From the NCBI GenBank assembly GCA_964356815.1, contig CAYHIR010000003.1:2198-66197 (forward strand): 64,000 nt of DNA, in the 5' to 3' direction. The position numbers were made by a program, and so were the translations under genes. The stretch is from an uncultured Candidatus Saccharibacteria bacterium (GTDB lineage: Bacteria > Patescibacteriota > Minisyncoccia > Phycocordibacterales > DATGWK01). Below the pieces are notes generated by a model. That model saw nothing but the letters and a program-made list of their open reading frames with translations. It was not told the DNA's origin and searched no databases. This document shows, one piece after another, positions 38,766 through 48,706 of the stretch; position 1 is the first letter of the stretch, and each line of letters begins with the position of its first letter.

Positions 38766-40034
38766 TTAGTATTCGCGAATAGAAATCTGCGCGTCGATTT
38801 TCTTGATGAGATCAATCACAACAGAGACAACGATAAGCAGAGCCGTACCACCGATAGAAAGCGCGGTAATACCAGTGAGCGCGCGCATAGCGAGTGGCAA
38901 AACGGCGATGAGACCGAGGAAAATGGCACCGACGAGTGTGAGGCGCACTAAAATCTTAGCAATGTGGGCAGAGGTCGATTGACCGGGGCGCACGCCAGGA
39001 ATAAACGCACCGCTTTTTTGCAAATTTTCTGAGATGGCGTTTGGATCGAAAGTGACGGCGGTGTAGAAATATGTAAAAGCAAAAACCAAAACGAAATAAA
39101 GACCGGCGTAGATCCAAGGATTATTTAAGAAACCAAGAACAACCGTAGAGACTGTCTGAACGGCGGCAACATTCACCTTCGATAAAAACTGAAAAATCAT
39201 CGTTGGGAAAAGCAAAATGGAAAGTGCAAAAATAATCGGGATGACACCAGCTTGATTGACGCGTAGTGGCAAATAAGTAGAAACGCCACCATACACCTTT
39301 CCACCACGCACACGCTTAGCGTAGGTAACAGGAATCGGCCGCTCAGCTTCGGTGACAATCACCACGCCGAGGATTACAAGAACGGTAGCCACCAAGAAAG
39401 CTAAGTAGAGAGGAATTTGCGCTGGCTCAAATGTGAATGTGAATTGAGAAATGGCGACCGGCAAACTAGCGACGATACCGGCAAAGATAATGAGCGACAT
39501 ACCGTTGCCAATACCAAACTCGCTGATGAGTTCACCGATCCACATAAGAAGCAGAGCGCCAGCCACGATGACCGCAATGTTTACGATGTAGCCAAAGGTT
39601 GTGAGACCACTAATGACGCCCTGATTGGCCAAAAGTGCCAAGAAGCTGTAACCCTGAATGATAGCCAAAGGCACAGTGAGCAAACGAGAATAATTGGCAA
39701 ATTTTCGGCGACCAAGCTCCCCTTCTTCGTGATATATCGCCTTAAGCTTTGGCGACATGATGGTCATGAGTTGCATGATGATAGACGCAGTAATGTACGG
39801 ACCAACACCGAGCATCATGATGGAAAGATTGGAAAGACCACCGCCAGAAAAAATATTCAAAAGACCAAAAAACTGATTACCCGCAAGGAAACTCTGAAGA
39901 CGAAAAACGTCTACGCCAGGGATTGGAATTGCGGCGAAGAGTCGGAACACAACCAAAGCCGCGAGCGTAAAGAAAATTCGCTTGCGGAGTATTTTATCGC
40001 CTATAAGTAGATTAAATTTTGCTAGTGCGTTCAT
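38766..40034 (-). CDS. secY: Preprotein translocase subunit SecY
   Basis: 422 aa with 10 TM segments and SecY signature regions. Confidence 0.95.
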   Translation of the reverse strand: MNALAKFNLLIGDKILRKRIFFTLAALVVFRLFAAIPIPGVDVFRLQSFLAGNQFFGLLNIFSGGGLSNLSIMMLGVGPYITASIIMQLMTIMSPKLKAIYHEEGELGRRKFANYSRLLTVPLAIIQGYSFLALLANQGVISGLTTFGYIVNIAVIVAGALLLMWIGELISEFGIGNGMSLIIFAGIVASLPVAISQFTFTFEPAQIPLYLAFLVATVLVILGVVIVTEAERPIPVTYAKRVRGGKVYGGVSTYLPLRVNQAGVIPIIFALSILLFPTMIFQFLSKVNVAAVQTVSTVVLGFLNNPWIYAGLYFVLVFAFTYFYTAVTFDPNAISENLQKSGAFIPGVRPGQSTSAHIAKILVRLTLVGAIFLGLIAVLPLAMRALTGITALSIGGTALLIVVSVVIDLIKKIDAQISIREY

Positions 40035-40068
40035 GAAATTTTCAGGCGAACGGTGGCGCGGGAATTAA

Positions 40069-40518
40069 CTATGCGGCGATTTTTACCTTGCCGCCAGCCT
40101 TCTCTATCTTAACTTTTGCCTCTGCAGATACAGCACAACCCTCAACGAGCAATTTTTTACTCAAATCGCCACTGCCGAGAATCTTAACACGAGGAAGCTG
40201 GCCGCCCATTCGGCTCACGAGCTTTTTCGCCAAAAGAGTTTGTGGAGACACTGTTTCGCCAGCAGAGAAAGAAGCCTCGAGCGCACGGAGATTTACCACC
40301 TCAGACTTAGCGCTGATGCTCTTATGGCTATTTACACCGCGGCCGCGAAGCTTTGGTAGACGCTTGATAGTATCGCGAATCTCCGGACGAAACTTGGCAC
40401 CAGCGCGAGCTTTCTGACCCTTTGTACCACGGCCAGCGGTCTTGCCGCGGCGACCGCCGCGGCCTACATATCGACCTTTCTTATTTGGAGTTTTTCTTTT
40501 TAGTGTATTGAGTTGCAT
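40069..40518 (-). CDS. rplO: 50S ribosomal protein L15
   Basis: MQLNTLKRKTPNKKGRYVGRGGRRGKTAGRGTKGQKAR. Confidence 0.9.
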   Translation of the reverse strand: MQLNTLKRKTPNKKGRYVGRGGRRGKTAGRGTKGQKARAGAKFRPEIRDTIKRLPKLRGRGVNSHKSISAKSEVVNLRALEASFSAGETVSPQTLLAKKLVSRMGGQLPRVKILGSGDLSKKLLVEGCAVSAEAKVKIEKAGGKVKIAA

Positions 40519-40522
40519 GTTT

Positions 40523-41197
40523 TTATTTCACCTGACTAGCAGACGGTCGGTTTGATTTTGAAAGTGTGCGAAGAGCTTCGATCGCGGCGCGAGCGTTGTT
40601 GATCTTGTTTTTGCTACCAGAGCGGATTTTTGCGCCCACGTCTTTTACGCCCGCGAGCTCTAGCACTACGCGCACAGATGAGCCGGCGACCATACCACGG
40701 CCAGGTGCTGGAATAACGAGCACACGAGAAGCAGAGTATTTTGCCTCCGACTCATGTGGCACCGAGCCGTGTTTTGTGAGAGTGACAGTCACCATATTTT
40801 TCTTGGCATCGCGCAAAGCTTTTTCGATAGCAATAGAAGTGTCGCCAGCTTTTCCCAAGCCTACACCCACCGAGCCTTTGCGATTGCCCGCAACGAGCGC
40901 CACTGAGAAGCTAAAACGACGACCTCCAGCCACCACGCGAGCTACGCGACGAATGCTAATGATCTTCTGATCAAACTCTGGCTTCACGCGGCTTTCACGG
41001 CGCTGAGGGCGACGAGGATTTTTCTTAAAATCGCCACGAGAGCGACGAGCATCTCTTTGGTCAATTTTTTGTTCGACGGCTGGCGCGACAACGGGTGCAT
41101 CGGCGACGGGCGCGGCTTCAGCCACTACTTCTACTGGCAAAGTGCCAATTATTTCAGTCGTCTCGGTCGTAGTATTTTTTGTATTTTCTGGTTCCAT
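40523..41197 (-). CDS. rpsE: 30S ribosomal protein S5 with a long N-terminal extension. No L30 gene lies between S5 and L15
   Basis: KIISIRRVARVVAGGRRFSFSVALVAGNRKGSVGVGLGKA. Confidence 0.9.
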   Translation of the reverse strand: MEPENTKNTTTETTEIIGTLPVEVVAEAAPVADAPVVAPAVEQKIDQRDARRSRGDFKKNPRRPQRRESRVKPEFDQKIISIRRVARVVAGGRRFSFSVALVAGNRKGSVGVGLGKAGDTSIAIEKALRDAKKNMVTVTLTKHGSVPHESEAKYSASRVLVIPAPGRGMVAGSSVRVVLELAGVKDVGAKIRSGSKNKINNARAAIEALRTLSKSNRPSASQVK

Positions 41198-41202
41198 ATT
41201 AT

Positions 41203-41553
41203 TTAAAAAGTGAGTCCGCCAGCACGAGCCGCATCAGCCAAAGCTTTGATCTTGCCTGTGTAGACGAAACCACCGCGATCGAAGACGACTGTCTTCACCT
41301 TGCCCTCCACCGCGCGCTTAGCGATGAGACCACCGAGCTCTTTGGCTTTAGCAAGCTGAGTGTCGCCCTTTACATCTTTCGTAGAAGCAGCGGCCAGTGT
41401 GCGGCCAGTGGCGTCGTTGATAACCTGAGCATAAATCTGCTTATTTGATTTGAAAACAGAAAGACGCGGGCGCTCTTCGGTGCCGATAGCTCGAGATCGA
41501 ATACGCGTATGGCGTCGATTTCGTTTTTGAATTTTTGTAGTAGAAGTACTCAT
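41203..41553 (-). CDS. rplR: 50S ribosomal protein L18
   Basis: RLSVFKSNKQIYAQVINDATGRTLAAAST. Confidence 0.9.
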   Translation of the reverse strand: MSTSTTKIQKRNRRHTRIRSRAIGTEERPRLSVFKSNKQIYAQVINDATGRTLAAASTKDVKGDTQLAKAKELGGLIAKRAVEGKVKTVVFDRGGFVYTGKIKALADAARAGGLTF

Positions 41554-41573
41554 GGTGTTAAATTTCGCGAAAA

Positions 41574-42104
41574 TTATGTGGCTTTCTTACCCTGCTTTCG
41601 ACGGATAGTCTCGCCAGCATACGCTATTCCCTTACCTTTGTAAGGCTCTGGCTTTTTCAAAGCGCGAATAGAGGCGGCAAAGTGACCGACCAAATCTTTG
41701 TCGATACCAGAAATAGAAATTTCGTTTTTCACAACGACAACCTTCAAACCTTTTGGAATTGGTACAGAAATCTGATGAGAAAAACCAAGAGACAAAGAAA
41801 GATTTTCGCCTTTGACCTCAGACTTATATCCAATACCTTCGATGATGAGCTTTTTCTCAAAAGCTTTATTTACACCAGCGACCATGTTGCGAATGTGAGC
41901 GGCGGTTGTGCCGAGCATTGCACCAGCGGCCACCGCATCTGAAGCAGATACGACCACAGCACCGTCGGCTACCGCGACAGAAACATTTTTATTTACAGGA
42001 CGAGAAAGAGCGCCGAGAGCGCCAGTCACGGTGATCATGCCGTCAGCCAAAACAGCAGTGGTTTTGTCTGTAAGCATAATTGGTTTTTTTGCGAGTCGTG
42101 ACAT
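41574..42104 (-). CDS. rplF: 50S ribosomal protein L6
   Basis: MSRLAKKPIMLTDKTTAVLADGMITVTGALG. Confidence 0.9.
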   Translation of the reverse strand: MSRLAKKPIMLTDKTTAVLADGMITVTGALGALSRPVNKNVSVAVADGAVVVSASDAVAAGAMLGTTAAHIRNMVAGVNKAFEKKLIIEGIGYKSEVKGENLSLSLGFSHQISVPIPKGLKVVVVKNEISISGIDKDLVGHFAASIRALKKPEPYKGKGIAYAGETIRRKQGKKAT

Positions 42105-42136
42105 GTTTTTATTTTTATTCCGTGAGAATTTTCTGA

Positions 42137-42523
42137 TTACCAAATTTTGAAAAGCACTTCGCCGCCAACATTTGCCTTGCGAGCCTCGGCATCTGTAAGG
42201 ATGCCGCTTGGTGTAGAAAAGACGACCATTCCCCGCCCACGAAACACCGGCTTTATGTCTTTAGATTTTTCGTATATTCGGCGTGAGAGCTTGGAGATAC
42301 GCGCGGCATCGGTAATGCGAGGCTTACCTTCTCGGTATGCAAGCTCCACCTCGAGTGTCTTCACAACCTTTTTACCCTTTTTTGACACAGATTTTAGGTA
42401 GCCGTGCTTTACCAAAACATCGGCGATAGCGGCCACGACATTTGAATAAGGTACGCTTGTAGAAGCGAGGCCAGCATTGCCCGATGTCTTTATTCTATTT
42501 ATAAAATCGCCTATTGGATCCAT
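42137..42523 (-). CDS. rpsH: 30S ribosomal protein S8
   Basis: MDPIGDFINRIKTSGNAGLASTSVPYSNVVAAIADVLVKHGYL. Confidence 0.9.
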   Translation of the reverse strand: MDPIGDFINRIKTSGNAGLASTSVPYSNVVAAIADVLVKHGYLKSVSKKGKKVVKTLEVELAYREGKPRITDAARISKLSRRIYEKSKDIKPVFRGRGMVVFSTPSGILTDAEARKANVGGEVLFKIW

Positions 42524-42548
42524 TGTTTTTAAATTAAATTCTGACTGA

Positions 42549-42734
42549 TTACCAAGAAGACTTCTTAACGCCCGGTATCATGCCTTCGTTTGAAAGCTCA
42601 CGGAAGCAAATGCGGCAAAGATCGAACTCTCGCATATAACCTCGTTTTCGACCGCATTTGAAGCAACGGCGAACAATCCGAGTACTGTACTTCGGTGTCT
42701 TCGCGGCTCGTGCTATTACTGATGTTTTGGCCAT
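42549..42734 (-). CDS. rpsZ: 30S ribosomal protein S14 type Z (zinc-binding)
   Basis: 61 aa with CFKCGRKRGYMREFDLCRICFRE. Confidence 0.9.
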   Translation of the reverse strand: MAKTSVIARAAKTPKYSTRIVRRCFKCGRKRGYMREFDLCRICFRELSNEGMIPGVKKSSW

Positions 42735-42811
42735 ATTTTTGTTCTCGAGCGTCTACTTTAACCTCTAAAACGATTAGAGTCAACGAAAGGCCGGCTCGAA
42801 CCGGCCTTAAG

Positions 42812-43417
42812 CTAAGCCGCCTTTTCCTTCTTTTTCTTCGCCCGCTTTGCCCTATTGGCACCGGCGGCGACATCGGCATCTTCCTTCTTTTTAAAAGGAA
42901 AACCGAGATGATCCAAAAAGGCGCGTGCTTCGACTTTGTCTTTGGCTGTTGTGACGATAGTCACACCGAAGCCAAAAACATCTTTCAAATCTTCATCGGC
43001 TGTCTCTGGGAAAATCGTATGCTCGCGAACACCCATAGTGTAATTGCCCATTGCGTCGATAGAGCTCGCAGACAAACCACGAAAATCTTTTGTGCGTGGC
43101 AGTGCGATGTTCAAAAGACGATCGAGAAAATCAAACATTCTTGCTCCACGAAGTGTAGTTTGAAAACCCACAGGATCGCCTTCACGAACTTTGAAAGACG
43201 CGATAGAAACTTTGGCGCCTTTTTTCACTGCTTTCTGACCAGTGATTTTAGAAAGTCGACTGTCTACAATATCGAGCTTTTTCTTATCTTTGAAAGAGCC
43301 GACGCCAGCCGAAACTACGATCTTCGTGAGCTTCGGTGCTTGCATCGGATTTTTATAACCAAAAGCCGACTTTAGCGCCTCAAATGAATTTTTATTTTTT
43401 TCTCGTGTGGAAATCAT
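42812..43417 (-). CDS. rplE: 50S ribosomal protein L5 with a Lys-rich C-terminal extension
   Basis: L5 core, plus the tail KKKEDADVAAGANRAKRAKKKKEKAA. Confidence 0.9.
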   Translation of the reverse strand: MISTREKNKNSFEALKSAFGYKNPMQAPKLTKIVVSAGVGSFKDKKKLDIVDSRLSKITGQKAVKKGAKVSIASFKVREGDPVGFQTTLRGARMFDFLDRLLNIALPRTKDFRGLSASSIDAMGNYTMGVREHTIFPETADEDLKDVFGFGVTIVTTAKDKVEARAFLDHLGFPFKKKEDADVAAGANRAKRAKKKKEKAA

Positions 43418-43426
43418 GTTGGTGAA

Positions 43427-43735
43427 TTATAGTGTCGTGCCGCTCTTTTTGCTCACTCGGCTTTTCTTGCCATCTTTGTCGCGAGTAATGCCGATGCGTG
43501 AGGGCTTGCTATTTTTTGGGTCGATAAGCATCACATTAGAGACATGGATCGGCATAGATTTGTCGATAATCTGACCCTTTGTGCCAGATTTTTGCGCTCG
43601 CTTGTGAACCTTAATGACATTTACACCAGCAATAACAACTTTGTTTTCCTTAGGAAGCGCGAGAACAACCTTGCCGGTTTTGCCTCGGCTCTTGCCTGAA
43701 ACTACTATTACATTGTCGTCTTTTCTGATTTTCAT
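43427..43735 (-). CDS. rplX: 50S ribosomal protein L24
   Basis: MKIRKDDNVIVVSGKSRGKTGKVV (KOW). Confidence 0.9.
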   Translation of the reverse strand: MKIRKDDNVIVVSGKSRGKTGKVVLALPKENKVVIAGVNVIKVHKRAQKSGTKGQIIDKSMPIHVSNVMLIDPKNSKPSRIGITRDKDGKKSRVSKKSGTTL

Positions 43736-43758
43736 TTTTTTATTTAAAATCGCGACTC

Positions 43759-44130
43759 TTATACAACCTCCGGCGCTTTCGAAATGATCGTTTGGAAACC
43801 TTTCTCAGCAATCTCGCGAGGAATCGGACCGAATACGCGACCAGCAATAGGCTCATCGCTCTCTTTCTCAAGGATCACTACAGCGTTTTCGTCGAAGCGA
43901 ATGTATGAGCCGTCTGCGCGGCGGAAAGGTGCTCGCTGGCGCACAACAACTGCGCGCAAAACATCTTTCTTTTTAACCGCTTTTCGAGGCTGAGCTTTTT
44001 GCACAGAAAGAATAACGATCTCACCAATGCGAGCGTATTTCTTTTTTGAGCCACCGATCACTTTGAAAATGCGTCCGATCTGACCGCCACAATTATCCGC
44101 TATTTTAACTATTGATCTTGGCTGAATCAT
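43759..44130 (-). CDS. rplN: 50S ribosomal protein L14
   Basis: MIQPRSIVKIADNCGGQIGRIFKVIGG. Confidence 0.9.
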   Translation of the reverse strand: MIQPRSIVKIADNCGGQIGRIFKVIGGSKKKYARIGEIVILSVQKAQPRKAVKKKDVLRAVVVRQRAPFRRADGSYIRFDENAVVILEKESDEPIAGRVFGPIPREIAEKGFQTIISKAPEVV

Positions 44131-44131
44131 T

Positions 44132-44362
44132 TTATTTTATTACCTTGAAGCGCTTATCGCGAGAAATCGGCGCGCACTCCTCTATCGTGACTGTCTCACC
44201 CATAGCTTTTGTATTGCCCGCATCGTGAGCTTTGAAACGCTTTGATGTGGAAATAAATTTTCCATATCGAGGATGCTTTGCATAACTTTTAACCAACACA
44301 ACAACCGTGTCTTTCATTTTGGTAGACACCACGACGCCAGTAAGTTGTTTTTTGGTTTTCAT
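44132..44362 (-). CDS. rpsQ: 30S ribosomal protein S17
   Basis: GVVVSTKMKDTVVVLVKSYAKHPRYGKFI. Confidence 0.9.
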   Translation of the reverse strand: MKTKKQLTGVVVSTKMKDTVVVLVKSYAKHPRYGKFISTSKRFKAHDAGNTKAMGETVTIEECAPISRDKRFKVIK

Positions 44363-44370
44363 AAATGTAT

Positions 44371-44553
44371 TTAAACTTTTTTGCTGTTACGCGCAGTGAG
44401 AATGCGAGCAATCTCTTTGCGAATATTTGCACCCTCCTTTACATCGCGCACCTTGCTTCCAGCTGTACCGAAGCGAAAAGCCCTTAAAGCTTTGCGTTTT
44501 TCGACCAAAATAGCGGATAGGTCGGCTTTGGTTTTGTTGGCGTATTCTTTCAT
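44371..44553 (-). CDS. rpmC: 50S ribosomal protein L29
   Basis: MKEYANKTKADLSAILVEKRKALRAFRF. Confidence 0.85.
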   Translation of the reverse strand: MKEYANKTKADLSAILVEKRKALRAFRFGTAGSKVRDVKEGANIRKEIARILTARNSKKV

Positions 44554-44602
44554 AAATTTGTGATTTGTCTAGGGCGCGGTGGTTTTGGCCGCCGCGGGCC
44601 TT

Positions 44603-45025
44603 TTAGCCTTGGCGCATTACAAACTTCGACTTAAGTGGAAGCTTGGTACCGGCCTTGCGGATGGCCTCCTTTGCCGTCGGCTCATCCACGCCCTCAATTT
44701 CGAACATGATTCGACCAGCAAGCACAGGCACTTGATAGCCCTGTGGATCGCCCTTACCCTTTCCAAGCTTTACCTCGGCCGGCTTTTGAGTGTAAGGCAT
44801 GTCTGGGAAGACGCGGATCCATACACGGCCCGTTTTACCCAAAGAGCGAGAAAGGACCTTACGAGCCGCCTCAAGCTGATTTGAGCGAACACGAGCATAC
44901 GAAACCGCCTTGAGACCATATGAACCAAAGGCCAAAGAAGTACCGCGTGTAGAAACACCCACCTTTTTTGGATTCTTTCTGAAAGTGTGCCACTTTCGGT
45001 ATTTAACTTTTTTTGGAATTAACAT
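44603..45025 (-). CDS. rplP: 50S ribosomal protein L16
   Basis: MLIPKKVKYRKWHTFRKNPKKVGVSTRGTSLAFGSYGLKA. Confidence 0.9.
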   Translation of the reverse strand: MLIPKKVKYRKWHTFRKNPKKVGVSTRGTSLAFGSYGLKAVSYARVRSNQLEAARKVLSRSLGKTGRVWIRVFPDMPYTQKPAEVKLGKGKGDPQGYQVPVLAGRIMFEIEGVDEPTAKEAIRKAGTKLPLKSKFVMRQG

Positions 45026-45048
45026 GATGGTTTTTTAATCGCCGCGCA

Positions 45049-45723
45049 CTAGCTAGTTTGACCGGGCTTTTTCGCAAAAATGTCGCCTTTGTAGATCCAA
45101 ACCTTTATGCCAATGCGGCCGTAGGTCATGCGAGCTTCGTGTCGAGCAAAATCGATATCGGCGCGAAGAGTCTGAAGAGGAATTTGACCTTTTTTCTGCT
45201 TCTCCACACGGGCCATTTCTGAGCCGCCAAGACGACCAGAAAGCTCAATCTTGGCACCTTTTACTTCTTTATTGGCCAACATCTTTTCAATAGACTGCTT
45301 GGAAACGCGACGGAAAGGCAAACGCTTCTCGAGGCCGTCGGCAATCATTTGAGCCATGATGCGAGCGTTGGTTTCTGGATAACGAATTTCTTTAATATCA
45401 ATTTTCAAATCATCCTCTGTAGTGATGCCGAGTTTTTTGCTTAGTTTTAAAAGATCATTTCGAAGCTTTACTGCTCCCTCACCGCTTCGGCCAATAATAA
45501 GACCGGGGCGAGCTGTTTCGATAATTATTCGCAAAGTTTTTTGGCCGCGCTCTATTTCTACATTACTTACAAACATGCCACGAAAACGATTTTCCAAATA
45601 TGTGCGTATTAAAATGTCGCTCTTTAAAAACTTTTTGTATAAACCTTTAGGCGCAAACCAGCGAGACTTCCAGTCTCGAAGAATTCCTAAACGATGTGAA
45701 TATGGATGGACAGTGTGTGACAT
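45049..45723 (-). CDS. rpsC: 30S ribosomal protein S3
   Basis: KH domain plus the S3 C-terminal domain. Confidence 0.9.
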   Translation of the reverse strand: MSHTVHPYSHRLGILRDWKSRWFAPKGLYKKFLKSDILIRTYLENRFRGMFVSNVEIERGQKTLRIIIETARPGLIIGRSGEGAVKLRNDLLKLSKKLGITTEDDLKIDIKEIRYPETNARIMAQMIADGLEKRLPFRRVSKQSIEKMLANKEVKGAKIELSGRLGGSEMARVEKQKKGQIPLQTLRADIDFARHEARMTYGRIGIKVWIYKGDIFAKKPGQTS

Positions 45724-45727
45724 GTTT

Positions 45728-46144
45728 TTATTTTTTGGCTTTGGCCGCGCGAGCTTCGCCAGCGTCTAATTTTCTCTGCGCCATTTTTGAACGCTTAGAA
45801 GCAACGACGATTGGCTTTTCTGTGAGCTCAACGATCACCTTGCTTGTGCGCTTGCGCATACGGAAAGCTCGACCGTGGGCCATCGGCAGGCTTCGGTAAA
45901 GAATGGCGCCACCGTCGACAGTAATCTTGCTGATTATAAGCTCATCAGCATTCATGCCACCGGCTTTAGCATTGGCAACAGCAGACTGAATAAGCTTTTG
46001 GATAGGCATAGCCGCCTTCTTACCAGCAAATTGAAGCGCCGCCAAAGCCCCCGGCACACGCTTCCCTCTTACCAAGCCAGCAATAAGCCGGACCTTTCGT
46101 GGCGCTTGGCGATAATTATTTAATTCGGCTTTTGCTGTGTTCAT
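45728..46144 (-). CDS. rplV: 50S ribosomal protein L22
   Basis: RKVRLIAGLVRGKRVPGALAALQFAGKKAAMPIQKLIQSAVANA. Confidence 0.9.
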   Translation of the reverse strand: MNTAKAELNNYRQAPRKVRLIAGLVRGKRVPGALAALQFAGKKAAMPIQKLIQSAVANAKAGGMNADELIISKITVDGGAILYRSLPMAHGRAFRMRKRTSKVIVELTEKPIVVASKRSKMAQRKLDAGEARAAKAKK

Positions 46145-46180
46145 TTTTTTGTATGAAAATTTTTCGTTCCGCGCCGAAAA

Positions 46181-46528
46181 TTATTTCTTTTTAGCGGCAT
46201 CTCCAGTGGCCTTAGCAGATGAAGCGGCCGCGATCTCAGCCTCCTTGGCCTTCATTTCCATTTCTTTCTGCATCTTACCTCCGTGACGGATGAATTTGCG
46301 TGTTGGTGAAAATTCGCCAAGACGATGACCGACCATGTCTTCAGTAACCAAAACCTCAATATGCTCACGGCCATTGTGCACGCCAAACTTATAGCCGACC
46401 ATTTCCGGTGCTATTTGGCTGTCGCGTGCCCATGTCTTAACAACCCCAGCTTGATCGGGCTTTTTACCCTCAATTTTCTTGAGGAGTTTTTCGTAAACGT
46501 ATGGGCCTTTTTTACTTGATCTGGTCAT
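46181..46528 (-). CDS. rpsS: 30S ribosomal protein S19 with a C-terminal extension
   Basis: [77 protein letters not shown]. Confidence 0.9.
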   Translation of the reverse strand: MTRSSKKGPYVYEKLLKKIEGKKPDQAGVVKTWARDSQIAPEMVGYKFGVHNGREHIEVLVTEDMVGHRLGEFSPTRKFIRHGGKMQKEMEMKAKEAEIAAASSAKATGDAAKKK

Positions 46529-46530
46529 CT

Positions 46531-46640
46531 AAATTTCTTAACAGGTTTTAAAGTGAACGGCATAAATTTCTGCTGAAATTTTGCCTCACTCTCGGCCACC
46601 TACGTGGCCTGCGAGAGTCACTTAAAAACCTGTTAAGAAA
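46531..46640 (+). repeat. Copy B1 of the structured intergenic element (opposite orientation); 19-bp perfect outer stem 46531-46549 / 46622-46640. It abuts the rpsS start codon
   Basis: AAATTTCTTAACAGGTTTT ... AAAACCTGTTAAGAAATTT enclose the core AAAGTGAACGGCATAAATTTCTGCTGAAATTTTGCCTCACTCTCGGCCACCTACGTGGCCTGCGAGAGTCACTT. Confidence 0.8.
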
Positions 46641-46851
46641 TTTAAGCGACCAAAGCGATCAAAAAAATGTAAAGGGGACTCAAAAACAAAAAACCTGCCC
46701 CTGTTCAAGAAGGCAGACCCGACCCCGGCTGACAATGCTAGGCGGGTTCCCTAAATGGGAACGCTATATGCGTGGATACCATGCTATCATAAGCCCAGTT
46801 TGGGTCAAGGTTTATAATTGTTTGGCTTAGTCTAATACTCTAAAAACAAGA

Positions 46852-47778
46852 ATGAATGAAAATAAATCGGGGTTTATTTCACGCTTAATAAAAGGTGTTT
46901 TGCTTGTTTCTGCGATATCGTTTGGGCTGTACGCCCTGGTTATCGTATTTTCATTCGGACCAATGCTTGTGCCTCCAAGTGTATTTAACCCAGTAAGGAA
47001 CCTTTTTTCAAAAAATTATTTAGTTGAAGGAACGCACAAACTTGAAAAAAATAACCCAAAGGAGGACATTAGTAAGGTTATTTGGATGGACGCAAACGGA
47101 CAGGCGAATACTGCTGGCTTGGAAATTAGCCGGTGTCCAATTCTAAAAAAATATCTAAATCTTTGGCCTAAACAAGCTGGAGGCACTTTCAATATAAATT
47201 TTGAAAAAAATCTTTTTGTTATAAACAATGAATTAAGCGAAACAAAAGGAGATTTTGTAATCTTTGACAACAGCTGTTCTCTTAAAAGAGAGGTTTCTAT
47301 GCCCGAAACATACTCCCAGGCAGGCCTGGAAAACCCTACTTGGATGGGGAGTGATTTGTTTTTTCAAAAATTTAGTAGGGATTCAAAGGAAAACGGAAAA
47401 TACATATATTCATATTATCTTCTTAACCCATTTGATTTTGAAACCGGAGACAAATATTTAAAACTTAGATCAGATATAGATCGACTAGAAAGCGATAACA
47501 GCGTACACAGCATAAGCGGAATAAATTTTAACCCCAACAATCCTGATTTTGCAGCCGGACAGTACTGCCTAGATTACGGAGGAGGATTTTACTCAGCTTG
47601 CTACAGAACTGTTGTCGTGGTATTTAATAAAAAAATTCCCATGGTGAAAGAGGTGTTTGCAAAAAGTGCTGGTTACTTAGACACAGGCTGGTCTAAAGAT
47701 AATCTATTTATAAGAGAGAGGAGCGATCTTTCGAACGACACGGTCCACGTCATACCAATCAAGAATATTGAGTGGTAA
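46852..47778 (+). CDS. Hypothetical membrane-anchored protein encoded on the opposite strand inside the S10 ribosomal operon
   Basis: 308 aa with an N-terminal TM (LLVSAISFGLYALVIVFSFGPML). It is AT-rich. It lies between rpsS and rplB, which are normally adjacent. Confidence 0.55.
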   Translation: MNENKSGFISRLIKGVLLVSAISFGLYALVIVFSFGPMLVPPSVFNPVRNLFSKNYLVEGTHKLEKNNPKEDISKVIWMDANGQANTAGLEISRCPILKKYLNLWPKQAGGTFNINFEKNLFVINNELSETKGDFVIFDNSCSLKREVSMPETYSQAGLENPTWMGSDLFFQKFSRDSKENGKYIYSYYLLNPFDFETGDKYLKLRSDIDRLESDNSVHSISGINFNPNNPDFAAGQYCLDYGGGFYSACYRTVVVVFNKKIPMVKEVFAKSAGYLDTGWSKDNLFIRERSDLSNDTVHVIPIKNIEW

Positions 47779-47810
47779 AAGAAAGCTATTGTTGATAGAA
47801 CTAGATAGAA

Positions 47811-48656
47811 CTACTCGCGCTTTTTTCCAACACGTCGTCTCGAAACAATGAAAACATTTGAGTACTTCTTTGGAGTACGAGATTTTTGGCCTTTGCCTGT
47901 GCCTTTGCCGTGACGAGTTTTGGCACGACGAGTACCGCGACCTTGGCGACCTTCACCTCCACCGTATGGATGATCCACTGGGTTCATGGCTGTACCACGC
48001 ACTGTAGGACGAATACCGAGCCATCGATTTCTGCCGGCTTTACCGATGTTTACCAAGCGATTTTCATCGTTTGAAACTTCACCGACAGATGCCCAAGCAG
48101 TTTCGAGAATTCTTCGCACTTCAGTGGAAGGCATTTTGATATGAACGAAACCGCCGTCTTTGGCGATAACCTCAGCAAAATTGCCGGCTGAACGAGCGAT
48201 CTTTGCGCCACCGTTTGGCTTTAGCTCAACATTGTATACAAAAGTTCCAACGATAATATTTTTCAAAGGCAGACGATTGCCCGGCTTGATAGGTGCAGTT
48301 TCTGAAGCAACAACCTCATCGCCTGGACGAACACCTTTTGGCAAAAGCATGTAGCGCTTAGCGCCGTCTTTGTAGTGGACAAGACCAATGAAACCACTTC
48401 GGTTTGGATCATATTCAACTGTCTGCACGATAGCAGGCACGCCAACCTTTTCCATAGTAAAATCGATCTCGCGGAAAAGACGCTTCACGCCACCGCCCTT
48501 ATGCTGAACGGTTACACGACCGAAAGCATTGCGACCATTTGAACGACGAAAGCCGTGAGTGAGGGCTTTGTGAGGCTCAGACGCAGTCAAAAACTCCGAG
48601 TAATTGATCGAAGTCATATTTCGACGTGATGGTGTGACTGGTTTGAATCTTTTCAT
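47811..48656 (-). CDS. rplB: 50S ribosomal protein L2
   Basis: 281 aa with the L2 signature (GGGEGRQGRG...). Confidence 0.95.
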   Translation of the reverse strand: MKRFKPVTPSRRNMTSINYSEFLTASEPHKALTHGFRRSNGRNAFGRVTVQHKGGGVKRLFREIDFTMEKVGVPAIVQTVEYDPNRSGFIGLVHYKDGAKRYMLLPKGVRPGDEVVASETAPIKPGNRLPLKNIIVGTFVYNVELKPNGGAKIARSAGNFAEVIAKDGGFVHIKMPSTEVRRILETAWASVGEVSNDENRLVNIGKAGRNRWLGIRPTVRGTAMNPVDHPYGGGEGRQGRGTRRAKTRHGKGTGKGQKSRTPKKYSNVFIVSRRRVGKKRE

Positions 48657-48706
48657 GTTTTTTATTTTAGATTTTTCCGGCGGGCGAAATTTTTGCCTAA
48701 TCGCGA

